Shown here piece by piece: positions 40,856-50,443 of a stretch of DNA of 64,000 bases. Within the stretch, counting starts at the first letter, position 1; every line of letters starts with the position of its first letter. The stretch is from Rhodothermales bacterium. Lineage in GTDB: Bacteria; Bacteroidota; Rhodothermia; Rhodothermales; Bin80. Below the pieces are notes generated by a model. That model saw only the letters and a program-made list of their open reading frames with translations, was not told where the DNA came from and made no database searches. Made by a program: the position numbers and the translations under genes. The DNA is taken from contig OY760427.1 of assembly GCA_963663495.1 (NCBI GenBank), positions 5,586,170 through 5,650,169 on the forward strand, read 5' to 3'.

Positions 40856-41685
40856 GTCCGTATTCCGGTTACCAGGATTCCCTTTGCGCCGAGGTCTTCC
40901 AGGGAATCCATAATATGATTTGCTTCATGTCCGTTGACCATGGCCTTGACGGCAACCCATCCGGGCTTGCTTAGGGGGGCGATCGTCGGTGATTCAATTC
41001 CCGGGGTGATTTGGCAGGCTGCATCAATGATATCGTGAGGACAATCGTATTCGATCATTACGAATTCGCGGGCAAGAATAATTCCCTCCAGGCGCTGTAC
41101 GAGTCGCCCGGCGGTACTGTTCAACGTGCCCTCTTTGCGGCGCGAGACCAAGACTGCCTCCGTTTCCAGAACAGGGTCTCCAAGCGGCACCAGCCCAGCA
41201 TCGGCCATCGTCTGTCCGGTCTGCACAACGTCCGCAACGGCGTCGGCGACGCCGAGCAGCACCGACACCTCCACAGCGCCGTCCAAGGGTACCAAGCGGG
41301 CCTCTATGCCCTTCGTGTCCAAGTCTCGGCGCACCAGCGTAGGATACGATGTGGCAATCCGCAATCCTGCCAGGGTATTGATGTTCGCGTTCTTGGGCAC
41401 GGCGTACCGGAATAGGGCCTTACCGAACCCGAGACCAAGAAGTTCGGTAAGCTCTTTGCCGCTGTCAATCAGCATATCGCGTCCGGTGATGCCAAGATCC
41501 AGGACGCCGTTGCTGACGTAGATGGCAATGTCGCGCGGGCGCAAGAAGAGGAAGGCTACGTTGTTGCGCCTGTCCCGCACCGCTAGGCTGCGTCCTGATC
41601 GGGAACAGTGGTACCCTGCAGTTAGCAGCAGATCAATGGCGCCTTGTGCTAGTTTTCCCTTATTTGGCAGAGCAACTTGCAGCAT
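40843..41685 (-). CDS. hisG: ATP phosphoribosyltransferase (long form)
   Basis: VALPNKG, LRPRDIAIYV, GAVE and ADVVQTG motifs, plus the C-terminal regulatory domain. Confidence 0.95.
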   Translation of the reverse strand: MLQVALPNKGKLAQGAIDLLLTAGYHCSRSGRSLAVRDRRNNVAFLFLRPRDIAIYVSNGVLDLGITGRDMLIDSGKELTELLGLGFGKALFRYAVPKNANINTLAGLRIATSYPTLVRRDLDTKGIEARLVPLDGAVEVSVLLGVADAVADVVQTGQTMADAGLVPLGDPVLETEAVLVSRRKEGTLNSTAGRLVQRLEGIILAREFVMIEYDCPHDIIDAACQITPGIESPTIAPLSKPGWVAVKAMVNGHEANHIMDSLEDLGAKGILVTGIRTCRI

Positions 41686-41948
41686 TACAGGTGCTCGTAG
41701 ATATCTTCAAGGTTCAAGTCGCATGCCAGCATCATTACTTGGACATGGTAAAGAAGTTGTGCAATCTCCTCGGCAGCACGGTCCCGGCCCTCGTACTCCG
41801 CTGCCATCCAGACCTCGCCGGCCTCTTCAAGGAGTTTCTTCCCGATGGAATGCGTGCCAGCCGTCAACGCTTTCACTGTCCCTGATGCCGGGTCCTGCCG
41901 CTCCGCCTTTTCGTTCAACTCGGCGAACAGTTCTTCAAACCTTTTCAT
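41685..41948 (-). CDS. hisE: Phosphoribosyl-ATP diphosphatase
   Basis: [19 protein letters not shown] and EEIAQLLYH motifs. Confidence 0.95.
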   Translation of the reverse strand: MKRFEELFAELNEKAERQDPASGTVKALTAGTHSIGKKLLEEAGEVWMAAEYEGRDRAAEEIAQLLYHVQVMMLACDLNLEDIYEHL

Positions 41949-41992
41949 TCGTGGCGATCTTTTCTGACAGGAGTTCAACGCTTGTATGTGCA

Positions 41993-43888
41993 GGTGTTCT
42001 CCGATGGAGTCCGGTAGTTTTTGTGTTTGCGGCTCTTTCGATACCTGCCATTGCGCAGAGCCCGGGAGCAGGCGATGTGCCACGGAGTGAGCGCCGGGTG
42101 CACTACGACATCAAAGCGGTTTTACTTGACACGCTCCCTGAAGTGCGCGGCACGGCGCGCATCGTGTGGCGTAACCCTGATGCGGTACCTATCACATCGC
42201 TACAGCTGCACTTGTACCTGAATGCATTCAGGAACAGCCAGACGACCTTCATGCGCGAGAGCGGAGGCAGGCATAGAGGATTTGAGGCGAGTGGCAGTCG
42301 AGGCTCCTTGGACATCGTGCATATTACCGCCAGCATTGAAGGCGCTTTGGCGGATGTTTTTGACGGATTACAGTTCATTCGGCCCGACGACGATAACATT
42401 TACGACAGCACGTTGGTGGAGCTGCGGCTTCCGATGCCTGTGCCGCCCGGCCAGTCTGTCACGTTGTTGGTGGGGTTTCGTGCCCGTCTACCAGAAATCG
42501 TTGCTCGGACCGGGTATCTGCTACGTCCTGATGGCGAGCCATTCTTCATGGTCGCGCAGTGGTTTCCCAAGCTTGCCGTGTACGAAATTCCGGGTCAGCG
42601 CTATGTGCCCCGGGATGCGGAACGCGGGCAGTGGAACGCCTACCAGTTTCATGCCAACAGCGAATTTTACGCTGACTTCGGAACCTACGATGTGACGCTT
42701 GATGTTCCCGCCAATTTCGTGACGGGAGCGACAGGCAACAAAGTATCGGAGGACACGATCGGTGGTCGGAAGAAGGTTCGGTACACGGCGGCAGATGTGC
42801 ACGACTTTGCCTGGACGGCGAGTCCAGCGTTTATTTCCGTGACCGACAGGTGGGAGCATGTGGAACTGCGCCTGTTGCTGTTACCTGAGCACCGAAGACA
42901 GGCTTCCCGGTACTTGAGGGCTGCCAAGGAGGCTCTTGCTGCGTACGACCGTATGCTGGGGACGTATCCTTATCATGGGCTCACGCTGGTTGATGGGATG
43001 GGTGGTGCCAACGGCATGGAATATCCGATGCTCGTCACCGGTGGCACTGTATACGGTATGCCTCGATGGCTGCGCGCGCCGGAAGTGGTGCTCATCCATG
43101 AAATCGGCCACCAGTATTTCTATGGCTTGGTGGCCACCAATGAAGTGGAGGAAGCGTGGCTGGATGAAGGGATGACCTCTTATGTGGAGGCCAAGGTGAT
43201 GGACGAGGTATTTGGCCGTGGTAGTGTTATCAACCTACCTGGCCTGCTTCAGCTTGGTGATGCGGTGATGCATCGCCTGAACTATTCCAAGCCGTCCCCC
43301 CGGCGGGCCGCCTTGCAGACGGAATCCTGGAAGTACCGGAACAGCGCCGACTACGCAGCGGCATCATATTCAAAGGCAGCAACAGTTCTGCGGACCTTGG
43401 AGGGCGTGCTCGGATGGGACGTCATGCACGATGTGCTTCGGACCTATTTTGCGCGATGGAGCTTTCGGCATCCGTCGGCCGAGGATTTTGAGGTGTTGGT
43501 GGAAGATGTGTCGGGAGATGACCTTGCTTGGTTTTTTCGTCAGTATGTTCGCGGCGACGAAGTGGTGGACTACGCTGTCGGCGCCATTGATAGTACAGAG
43601 GTCCAATTGCATCGAAAGGGTACCGGTGTCTTTCCCCAGACATTGCGGGTAACGCTTGTTGATGGATCTGAGCTGCACCGGGTATGGGATGGAGTGGAAC
43701 GCACACACACCATGCGGTTTGAAAAGGCGGTGGTAGAGGCCTTTCTGGATCCCGAGAACCGGGTGTGGCTTGATAGTAACCGAATGAATAATCGGCTCAG
43801 GGTGTCTCCCTCGGGTGATTTTGCATGGAGGGTCGGTGCGGTGCTGACTGTTTGGATGCAGAGGTTTTTGCTGCTGGCCGGGCTATGA
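41993..43888 (+). CDS. M1-family metallopeptidase, exported
   Basis: GMEYP and HEIGH...AWLDEG zinc motifs. Start approximate. Confidence 0.88.
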   Translation, partial: GVLRWSPVVFVFAALSIPAIAQSPGAGDVPRSERRVHYDIKAVLLDTLPEVRGTARIVWRNPDAVPITSLQLHLYLNAFRNSQTTFMRESGGRHRGFEASGSRGSLDIVHITASIEGALADVFDGLQFIRPDDDNIYDSTLVELRLPMPVPPGQSVTLLVGFRARLPEIVARTGYLLRPDGEPFFMVAQWFPKLAVYEIPGQRYVPRDAERGQWNAYQFHANSEFYADFGTYDVTLDVPANFVTGATGNKVSEDTIGGRKKVRYTAADVHDFAWTASPAFISVTDRWEHVELRLLLLPEHRRQASRYLRAAKEALAAYDRMLGTYPYHGLTLVDGMGGANGMEYPMLVTGGTVYGMPRWLRAPEVVLIHEIGHQYFYGLVATNEVEEAWLDEGMTSYVEAKVMDEVFGRGSVINLPGLLQLGDAVMHRLNYSKPSPRRAALQTESWKYRNSADYAAASYSKAATVLRTLEGVLGWDVMHDVLRTYFARWSFRHPSAEDFEVLVEDVSGDDLAWFFRQYVRGDEVVDYAVGAIDSTEVQLHRKGTGVFPQTLRVTLVDGSELHRVWDGVERTHTMRFEKAVVEAFLDPENRVWLDSNRMNNRLRVSPSGDFAWRVGAVLTVWMQRFLLLAGL

Positions 43889-44715
43889 AACTGTCGGCTC
43901 CAGACATTCTGCACGCCGGGCTGCGCACATCGCTTGCACGCCCCGACCTTGTGCTGTTGATGTATGGCATGCGGACAGCTGTTAGCCTTGCCGTGGCTGC
44001 CAACGTGGCACGTCACTTGGGCGCAATCGTGGATCATACGGGTTTCGGAGCGGAGCTTATGGCGGCAGATCTGGTCTTGTGGGCGGACATCATTGCTGAT
44101 CACCGTTCGTCGTTATTCAGGCTACCGGTGCATCTGTTGTGGCTTCTCCCACTATCTTTTGTCTGGAATGCCGTAGTGGAGGTTGGACTGCCGTACGCTT
44201 TACGGCCCGAACGCCGCTCTTTCTGGCGTGGGGCATGGTGGTATGGAGGTCGGAGCCTGCTCGTTGGTGTGGTGTATTTAATCGTTGCGGTTATAGGGAT
44301 TGCGCTGCTGCTGGTGGTGTCAGGAACGCTGGCTGGCGAGGTCGGCGGCGAAACAGCAAACTTCTGGCTTCTGGCAGTGGTCACGCCCGCGGCCGTGGTG
44401 GTGGTACTGATCGCGGCAGATTATTTGTGCAGTATTGCGCGCGGGAGCGTTGTGTGCCACGATGCGGGCGCGGTGGCATCGTTATTGCGGAGGCATCAGC
44501 CCGGGCTTATGGCGGCATATGCCGTATGGAAGGTCGCGTTGGGCGTTGTCCTTACGGCCTCCATTATCGTGCAAGTGTATCTGGGCGCCGGTGTAGCCTC
44601 CCTAGTGGTGCAGCAGATCCTGTTTCTCGGCGCAGTGGTGTGCGGCTGCGGATGGTACGGAGGCTTGGCGGCGGCGCTGGAGCGTCAATCAGCCGCCCGT
44701 AGTCAGGAACGTTAA
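43885..44715 (+). CDS. Hypothetical membrane protein
   Basis: ATGA overlap with the peptidase gene; several hydrophobic segments. Confidence 0.75.
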   Translation: MKLSAPDILHAGLRTSLARPDLVLLMYGMRTAVSLAVAANVARHLGAIVDHTGFGAELMAADLVLWADIIADHRSSLFRLPVHLLWLLPLSFVWNAVVEVGLPYALRPERRSFWRGAWWYGGRSLLVGVVYLIVAVIGIALLLVVSGTLAGEVGGETANFWLLAVVTPAAVVVVLIAADYLCSIARGSVVCHDAGAVASLLRRHQPGLMAAYAVWKVALGVVLTASIIVQVYLGAGVASLVVQQILFLGAVVCGCGWYGGLAAALERQSAARSQER

Positions 44716-44857
44716 AGAGAGCGGGCGCCCTGGCTTCGGTCAGCGCGATAGCCAGATGACACTTTGCAGGGAGGGGGCTGGTCCCGTTGGCCAAGTATTT
44801 GGAATACGCGCCGAAAAAGACACGGCGCTCCTGGTAGCCGAGCTTTTCAGGGGGGAA

Positions 44858-46125
44858 TTATATACGTGAGTGACCAACTGTACACAGTGAGGCACTTGTA
44901 TCAATTTCACGGGTCATAGGGGTCGGTAACCCGAACGCCCCTCGCCGTGCAGAAGCCTCAATCCCGGAGGCCAGTATGTTTGCAGCCGCATTCAGGTCTG
45001 CATGATCCGCATGGCCGCAGGACATACACGTGAATTTGCTCCGTGTCTTACGGTTATTCGCTTCTGTGTGCCCACACACAGAACACCGCTGACTGGTATA
45101 GGCAGCGGTAACCTTTATCACCTTGCGGCACTTATAGCCCAGCATCTGATCCAGCTGGCCCCAACCTGTTCGCAGTATCCCACGGTTGAGGCCAGACTTC
45201 TGTTTGACGTTTGTGCCAAAGCTCTCCATCGTCCCCTTAGCTGAACGTATCATCGCTTTGATCTTCAGGTCCTCCAGTATCACCGTTGAGGAGCATTTGG
45301 CAATACTGCGACTTACCTGGTGGTTCGCATTCTTGAGGATGTTAGCACGCTTGCGCTGTATGCGGGCGATTCTATGCTTCCGCCTGTTACGACGGTTGGA
45401 GCCTTTCTTCTGTCTCGCCAGTCTTCGCTGATGCCGCTTCAACGTGGTATCAAGACGCTTGGTATCCGGTTGTCTGATAATGCTTGTATCGCCCTCTTTG
45501 GAGACCATAGCGACCTGCCCGCAATTACGGTCAATGCCTACAGCACCGCCGGTATCCTCTATTACAGGTGCCTCCATCTTGTAGCAGATGGCAGCATACC
45601 CTTTGCCGGCGTTCTTCTTTACCGTGGCTTTGACGGGTATACCATCAGGGTACGGGTTGCCTCCCCGCCTGCGGAGCGCCATATATCCCACTTTCGGGAT
45701 ATACAGCTTGCCATCCCGAACCCTTACGTTATCCGGGATCGTGAACGAAGGCGTACTACCACGTCTTGAATGGAATCTCGGTCTTCTCTTACCCTCCTTG
45801 AAGAATGCCTTCCATGCATCCGCCTGATATTTCAATGTTTATCTAACGACAATGTTTATCTAACGACACCAAAGGAGTATTCAGGTAGCCACTCGACCGT
45901 ACGGCGCAGCTCCGTGAACCGCTTCCCCAGCGAGAAGAAGCTTACCGAGGGCGGCTTCTCTCCAGCCTCTTTCGCTTTCTTGTACGCCTCGCTCTGCTCT
46001 ACGAGGATGGCATTCCACACAAACCTACACGCACCCGCTAATCCAGCAAGGTGCTTGGCGTTACTCCGACTTCCGGGCAACAGCCTGTATGTGATATTGC
46101 GGTATGCACTAACCGTTTCGGGCAT
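44858..46125 (-). pseudogene. tnpB: TnpB copy 3, full length but disrupted
   Basis: ATG at 46125. A 17-bp tandem duplication CAATGTTTATCTAACGA (45833-45866) with an in-frame TAA breaks the gene. RuvC D/E/D and zinc finger are retained. The stop TAA lies inside the TIR. Confidence 0.9.
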
Positions 46126-46155
46126 GGCACTGTGGTATATAACTCCCTAATAGAT

Positions 46156-46334
46156 GGCAATTATATAGTATATAGCATGAATACCCACGTGTTGAGTTAT
46201 TTGAAATAATTGCAGTTTGTTCGTGAAAAGCGGGAACCGATTATGAACAACTGGCGAAAGCCATCCTGTCCGCACCACCAAAGCACAAAAAGTAACTCCT
46301 GCGAAAACGCGCGGCATTCAGCCATATAACTCCC
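46156..46334. mobile_element. MITE-like remnant with ISNwi-type ends
   Basis: Ends GGCAATTATATAG and CATATAACTCCC. Second, truncated, inverted copy at 58306-58449. Confidence 0.75.
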
Positions 46335-46643
46335 TTTCAGGGCCAAGCAACCTAGCAGCGTCAGGAGAATCTTCAACCCGAAACGAGTCGTATCCTGATT
46401 GTCGGCTTCGGTCCTGTCCAGAGAGTGCTACGAGCAGGCAAATGGCCAGAACACGGATCAGTCGCGGCGCAGTAGTCGTAAGCCAGTTAATGTGTGGCTG
46501 ACTGCCGCTGTGTTTTGTGACTCAGCGAATGAAGCTGGCACAGGATGAAGATGCAATTGCCAAGCTTTTCAGGCAATTGCCAACGGGTACTATCAAGATT
46601 CCACGAAGATGTATGCACCGGTGGTGCAGCTGGTAGGTGATCA

Positions 46644-48389
46644 ATGATGTACAGCGATAAAGACATTAAGCGCCAACTTCTGCTTGGAGAGGACAGCACC
46701 CGGGAATTCAAGCAGATTTCGCTTACGGGCAAACGCTTGGAGAAGCCGCATCGGGATAGTCTTGCCAACACGATCGCGGCGTTTGCAAACGCTAGGGGTG
46801 GCACATTGCTATGCGGTGTCACCGACACGGGCGATGTGCAAGGCCTGTCTCAAGAGGACATGAGCACGCTGGATGATATCGTGGCGGGGATCGCTACTGA
46901 TGTTATCAGGCCAGCCGTTCGCATCCACACATACCATGTAGCGTTGGATGGTAAGCTTCTGCTTTTAGTGGACATACCACAGGGCGAAGAGCAGCATGAT
47001 AGCCTTGGGGGGGCCTTTGTTCGGGTAGGTGCTTCCATCCGTCAACTTACGAACGATGAGCGGCTCCGATTGGCGCAGCGGCGGGGGCAGGCGCGCTTCC
47101 GTTCGTATGACGAGCAGCCGGTGCCGTGTACCGGGTACGGGACTCTTGACGCATCGCTTTGGAGACCACTACTGAGCGCCGAAGGCGCAAGGAATCCCAA
47201 ATCGGCCCTTCGTAAGCTGGCACTCTTGACGGATGACGAGGCGGGAATTCAGCGAGCCACTGTGGCAGGCATTCTCCTTTGTACTCAAAGGCCAGAGCAA
47301 TGGCTGCGCGCTGCCCGGATAACGGCAACCCGCTATCGCGGAAGTAATCGCGCATCCGGCCAGGTTGACGGGCAGGAAATTACGGGTCCGCTGAACAGGC
47401 AGATCGCTGATGCGCTAGCCTTTGCAGCAAGAAACATGCAGGTTGCGGCCCGCAAGGATCCTGGCCGCGTAGATCAGCCACAATACAGCAACCGAGCGCT
47501 GTTCGAATCCGTGGTTAATGCTGTCGTGCATCGTGATTATTCGATGCGTAGCAAGATTCGTTTATCCATGTTTGAAGATCGGCTTGAGCTTCAGTCGCCG
47601 GGCGCACTACCCAACAATCTGACCATCGAAAGCATGGCAGATCGGGAGTCCACGCGTAACGAAGCGTTGGCATCCGTGCTGGGGCGTATGCAGGTAGAGG
47701 GAGTGCATGGTTCACGGGATCGCATCTACTTCATGGAGTCTCGTGGGGATGGTGTGGCCATCATCCACCGCGAAACTACGGAACTTGCAGGCAAATCGCC
47801 GATGTACCGCCTGATTGACGAGTCCGAGCTATGCCTAACCCTCCCGTCTGCGATTCGGGAACCCAGCGCTGCCCGCACTGTGGTTTGCGTTCGGAGCGCC
47901 GGTCAACCGTTGCAGCGTGCGGATGTCTTGGTACTATTTCCCAATAAGACCTGGAAGCGCGCAGCCACGGACCAATACGGTGAGGCGCCCTTTGAGCTTC
48001 ATACGACCTTGCTACCGACCACCGTGTATGTGGCCGCACCCGGGTTTGGCGCACATGTAGAGCATGGCTGGGTGCCAAGCCGACGGGCGCTAGCCGTGGA
48101 GCTTGACGTATTGCCGGAAGGAGGCTCCAAAATATTTCCAGAGGGGACCGGCCATTTGCCGGGCTTGATGGGCCGTCTAAGCCCGATCCTTGACAGCCTT
48201 GAGCGAACCTATTTGTACGCATCAAACATAGCGGTCAACGAGGGGCGCGCGCAGCCGGTCTACTTCGTTCCAGGAGAAGACATGCGGCTGACCGATGCCG
48301 AAGGAAAGGAAATGTCCATTCGCGTGGTCGCAATAACCGGACGGTCGGCTCTTGTTGAGTATCGCCCGTTTCAGCTGGAGCAGGAGTAG
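46644..48389 (+). CDS. Schlafen/AlbA_2 domain + ATP-binding (RecG-C/HATPase_c_4-like) protein with an extra C-terminal region
   Basis: GEDSTREFK, IAAFANARGGTLLCGVTD, ESVVNAVVHRDY, DRLELQSPG and RNEALA motifs. Confidence 0.85.
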   Translation: MMYSDKDIKRQLLLGEDSTREFKQISLTGKRLEKPHRDSLANTIAAFANARGGTLLCGVTDTGDVQGLSQEDMSTLDDIVAGIATDVIRPAVRIHTYHVALDGKLLLLVDIPQGEEQHDSLGGAFVRVGASIRQLTNDERLRLAQRRGQARFRSYDEQPVPCTGYGTLDASLWRPLLSAEGARNPKSALRKLALLTDDEAGIQRATVAGILLCTQRPEQWLRAARITATRYRGSNRASGQVDGQEITGPLNRQIADALAFAARNMQVAARKDPGRVDQPQYSNRALFESVVNAVVHRDYSMRSKIRLSMFEDRLELQSPGALPNNLTIESMADRESTRNEALASVLGRMQVEGVHGSRDRIYFMESRGDGVAIIHRETTELAGKSPMYRLIDESELCLTLPSAIREPSAARTVVCVRSAGQPLQRADVLVLFPNKTWKRAATDQYGEAPFELHTTLLPTTVYVAAPGFGAHVEHGWVPSRRALAVELDVLPEGGSKIFPEGTGHLPGLMGRLSPILDSLERTYLYASNIAVNEGRAQPVYFVPGEDMRLTDAEGKEMSIRVVAITGRSALVEYRPFQLEQE

Positions 48390-48495
48390 TTTGCCTTTCC
48401 TGGCGGAATGCTCGTCCGCCGCACTGCATTCGTGAAGGCTACTACCACACGTACGAATGCCCTGAATGTGCGAGAATACCCCTGACCGGGTACGA

Positions 48496-48747
48496 TCAGG
48501 GTGTTGCTAGGCGGCCGTAAGCCGGGGGCTCCGCGCGTATGTGCACGACATTGCGAACCGGCGGAGTGCCAGAACGCTGCGTCACCGCAGTGTGAACGAA
48601 GTTTACCAAGGCCTCGCGCTCGGCAGGGCCGGCTTCACGGGCATCAAGGGCGACCATTACGGACCTCCACAGGGGTTCGTCAATCTGACCGGCCAAATAC
48701 TGCTCCAACAGGCCTGTTAGCGGGGAATGCGATGTGGGGATGTGCAT
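48496..48747 (-). CDS. Small hypothetical protein
   Basis: 83-aa helical-looking ORF (LLEQYLAGQIDEPLW) downstream of rpoN. Confidence 0.5.
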   Translation of the reverse strand: MHIPTSHSPLTGLLEQYLAGQIDEPLWRSVMVALDAREAGPAEREALVNFVHTAVTQRSGTPPVRNVVHIRAEPPAYGRLATP

Positions 48748-48912
48748 GGGTGCAACCGTTTGTTAAGAAAAAGATTTTCGTATCTCTACGGCAATAACGG
48801 CACCGGTGTGACAAAAGGGACGCGTTCTCCTGTTGTACACACGAAAGGCCCCACAGTGTGTATACGACGGTCGAATAATTGCAAATTTATTGATACTTGA
48901 GCGCGGCGGGCC

Positions 48913-50364
48913 TTAATCAAGTACAAATTGTCGGCGCATCCGGGCTGCAGGGAGGTTCAGCTGCTTGCGGTACTTGGTCACCGTCCTCCGCGAAACTTTG
49001 TACCCTTTCGCATGAAGGTGCTCGGTAAGTTTCTGATCAGACAAGGGTGTGGCCTTGTCCTCCGTTCCAATAAGGCCGAGAATGACCGCCTTAACTTCAC
49101 GGTTGGAGACGTAGTCGCCACTCGTCGTGTGGAGACCCTCGGAAAAGAAGTACTTAAGGGGGTATACGCCGAAGTCTGTTTGGACATACTTTCCGCTCGC
49201 CACACGGCTTACGGTTGAGATGTCAAGACCGGTGTGTTCTGCCACATCTTTTAGTATAAGCGGTCGCAGGTGCCCTTCACCACTGCGGAAGAAGGTGGAC
49301 TGTCGCTCCACGATGGTCTCCATCACGGAAAGCATTGTGCGTCGCCGCTGATCTATGGATTCTATGAACCACTGCGCAGCCGTGACCTTGGATTTCAGGA
49401 ATTGTCGCGTGTGTTCGTCCACTTTGCTTCGTTCTGCTCTGTCAGTGGCCGCCAGCTCCTCCATCATCTTGCGGTACACAGACGATACCCGCAAAGGGGG
49501 GCTGTTCCTGCTGCTCAGTGCGACATGAAATGTGCCAGCCTCGTAGCGGACCATGAAGTCTGGAGTGATATAGTTCTCGTGTGTAGAAATTGATCCTTCT
49601 CCGGGCTTCGGGTTTAGTCCGTGGATAATCTCAATGGCTTGTTTCAGCTCTTTCGGTTTGGCATCCAGGTTTTCGATGAGGCGGTTGAAGCGGCGCATCG
49701 CAAAGTCCTCAAACGCCTGTTCAAGGATCAGCGCTGCGGTGTCGCGGCCGCAAACGCTGTCGGACATGACATCTACTTGGATGGCCAAACATTCCTGCAG
49801 GTTGCGAGCAGCGATTCCAGGGGGATCCAGGCGCTGGATACGCTGCAAGACAAGCTCCACATCGTCAACGGCAACATCCCGACCCTGGTTAAAGGCAATA
49901 TCGTCCGCAATGGAGGCTAGGGGCCGTCGCAGGTACCCGTCCTCTTCAATGGAGCCAATGATTTGCTCTGCGACCAGGGCCTCCGCATCGTCTAACTGGA
50001 GCAGCATACATTGGCTGCGAAGGTGCTCTGCAAGGCTGACGGGTGCCGCCAGCGGTGGGTACTCCGGAGCAGGTTCGGACTTGTCTACCCGCGCCTTGTA
50101 CCCATAAAGATCATCCCCCCCGCCCAGCAGCTCCTCCCAGTTGTATTCGTCATCTTGCGTCAGGGGTTCATCTGCATCCGCCATGCGCTCAGAAGCGGCC
50201 TCAAGCTCCAGGACGGGATTAGCTTCCAGCTCCTCTTCTATGCGCTGCTCCAAGGCAATGGCCGGTAGCTGCAACAGCTTGACAAGCTGAATCTGCTGCG
50301 GCGATAACCGGTGTTGCAGCCGCAGCTGTTGTGACAGGTTAAGAGTAGCGCCGGGCCGCGTCAT
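48913..50364 (-). CDS. rpoN: RNA polymerase sigma-54 factor
   Basis: Q/L-rich N-terminus, DPPGIAARNLQECL, STVSRV and the RpoN box SRRTVTKYR. Confidence 0.97.
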   Translation of the reverse strand: MTRPGATLNLSQQLRLQHRLSPQQIQLVKLLQLPAIALEQRIEEELEANPVLELEAASERMADADEPLTQDDEYNWEELLGGGDDLYGYKARVDKSEPAPEYPPLAAPVSLAEHLRSQCMLLQLDDAEALVAEQIIGSIEEDGYLRRPLASIADDIAFNQGRDVAVDDVELVLQRIQRLDPPGIAARNLQECLAIQVDVMSDSVCGRDTAALILEQAFEDFAMRRFNRLIENLDAKPKELKQAIEIIHGLNPKPGEGSISTHENYITPDFMVRYEAGTFHVALSSRNSPPLRVSSVYRKMMEELAATDRAERSKVDEHTRQFLKSKVTAAQWFIESIDQRRRTMLSVMETIVERQSTFFRSGEGHLRPLILKDVAEHTGLDISTVSRVASGKYVQTDFGVYPLKYFFSEGLHTTSGDYVSNREVKAVILGLIGTEDKATPLSDQKLTEHLHAKGYKVSRRTVTKYRKQLNLPAARMRRQFVLD

Positions 50365-50443
50365 GGTTTCAAAATCCGCTCCAGTGGAAACGTAGCGTTT
50401 AGGTCATTGTTTACAATTCGTAAGCCTGCGGTGTGCCGCACCT

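Larger units (their letters stand above)
44853..46334 (-). mobile_element. Composite TIR element: TnpB cassette (44853-46147) + 8-bp spacer + 179-bp MITE, with IS1595/ISNwi-like ends
   Basis: Outer ends GGGAATTATAT (44853) and ATATAACTCCC (46334). Exact 8-bp duplication TTTCAGGG at 44845-44852 and 46335-46342. Confidence 0.85.

Noticed and set aside
41522-41992. Long N-terminal extension of the M1 peptidase ORF
   Set aside because: It overlaps hisG/hisE on the opposite strand; the signal peptide begins near 41993.
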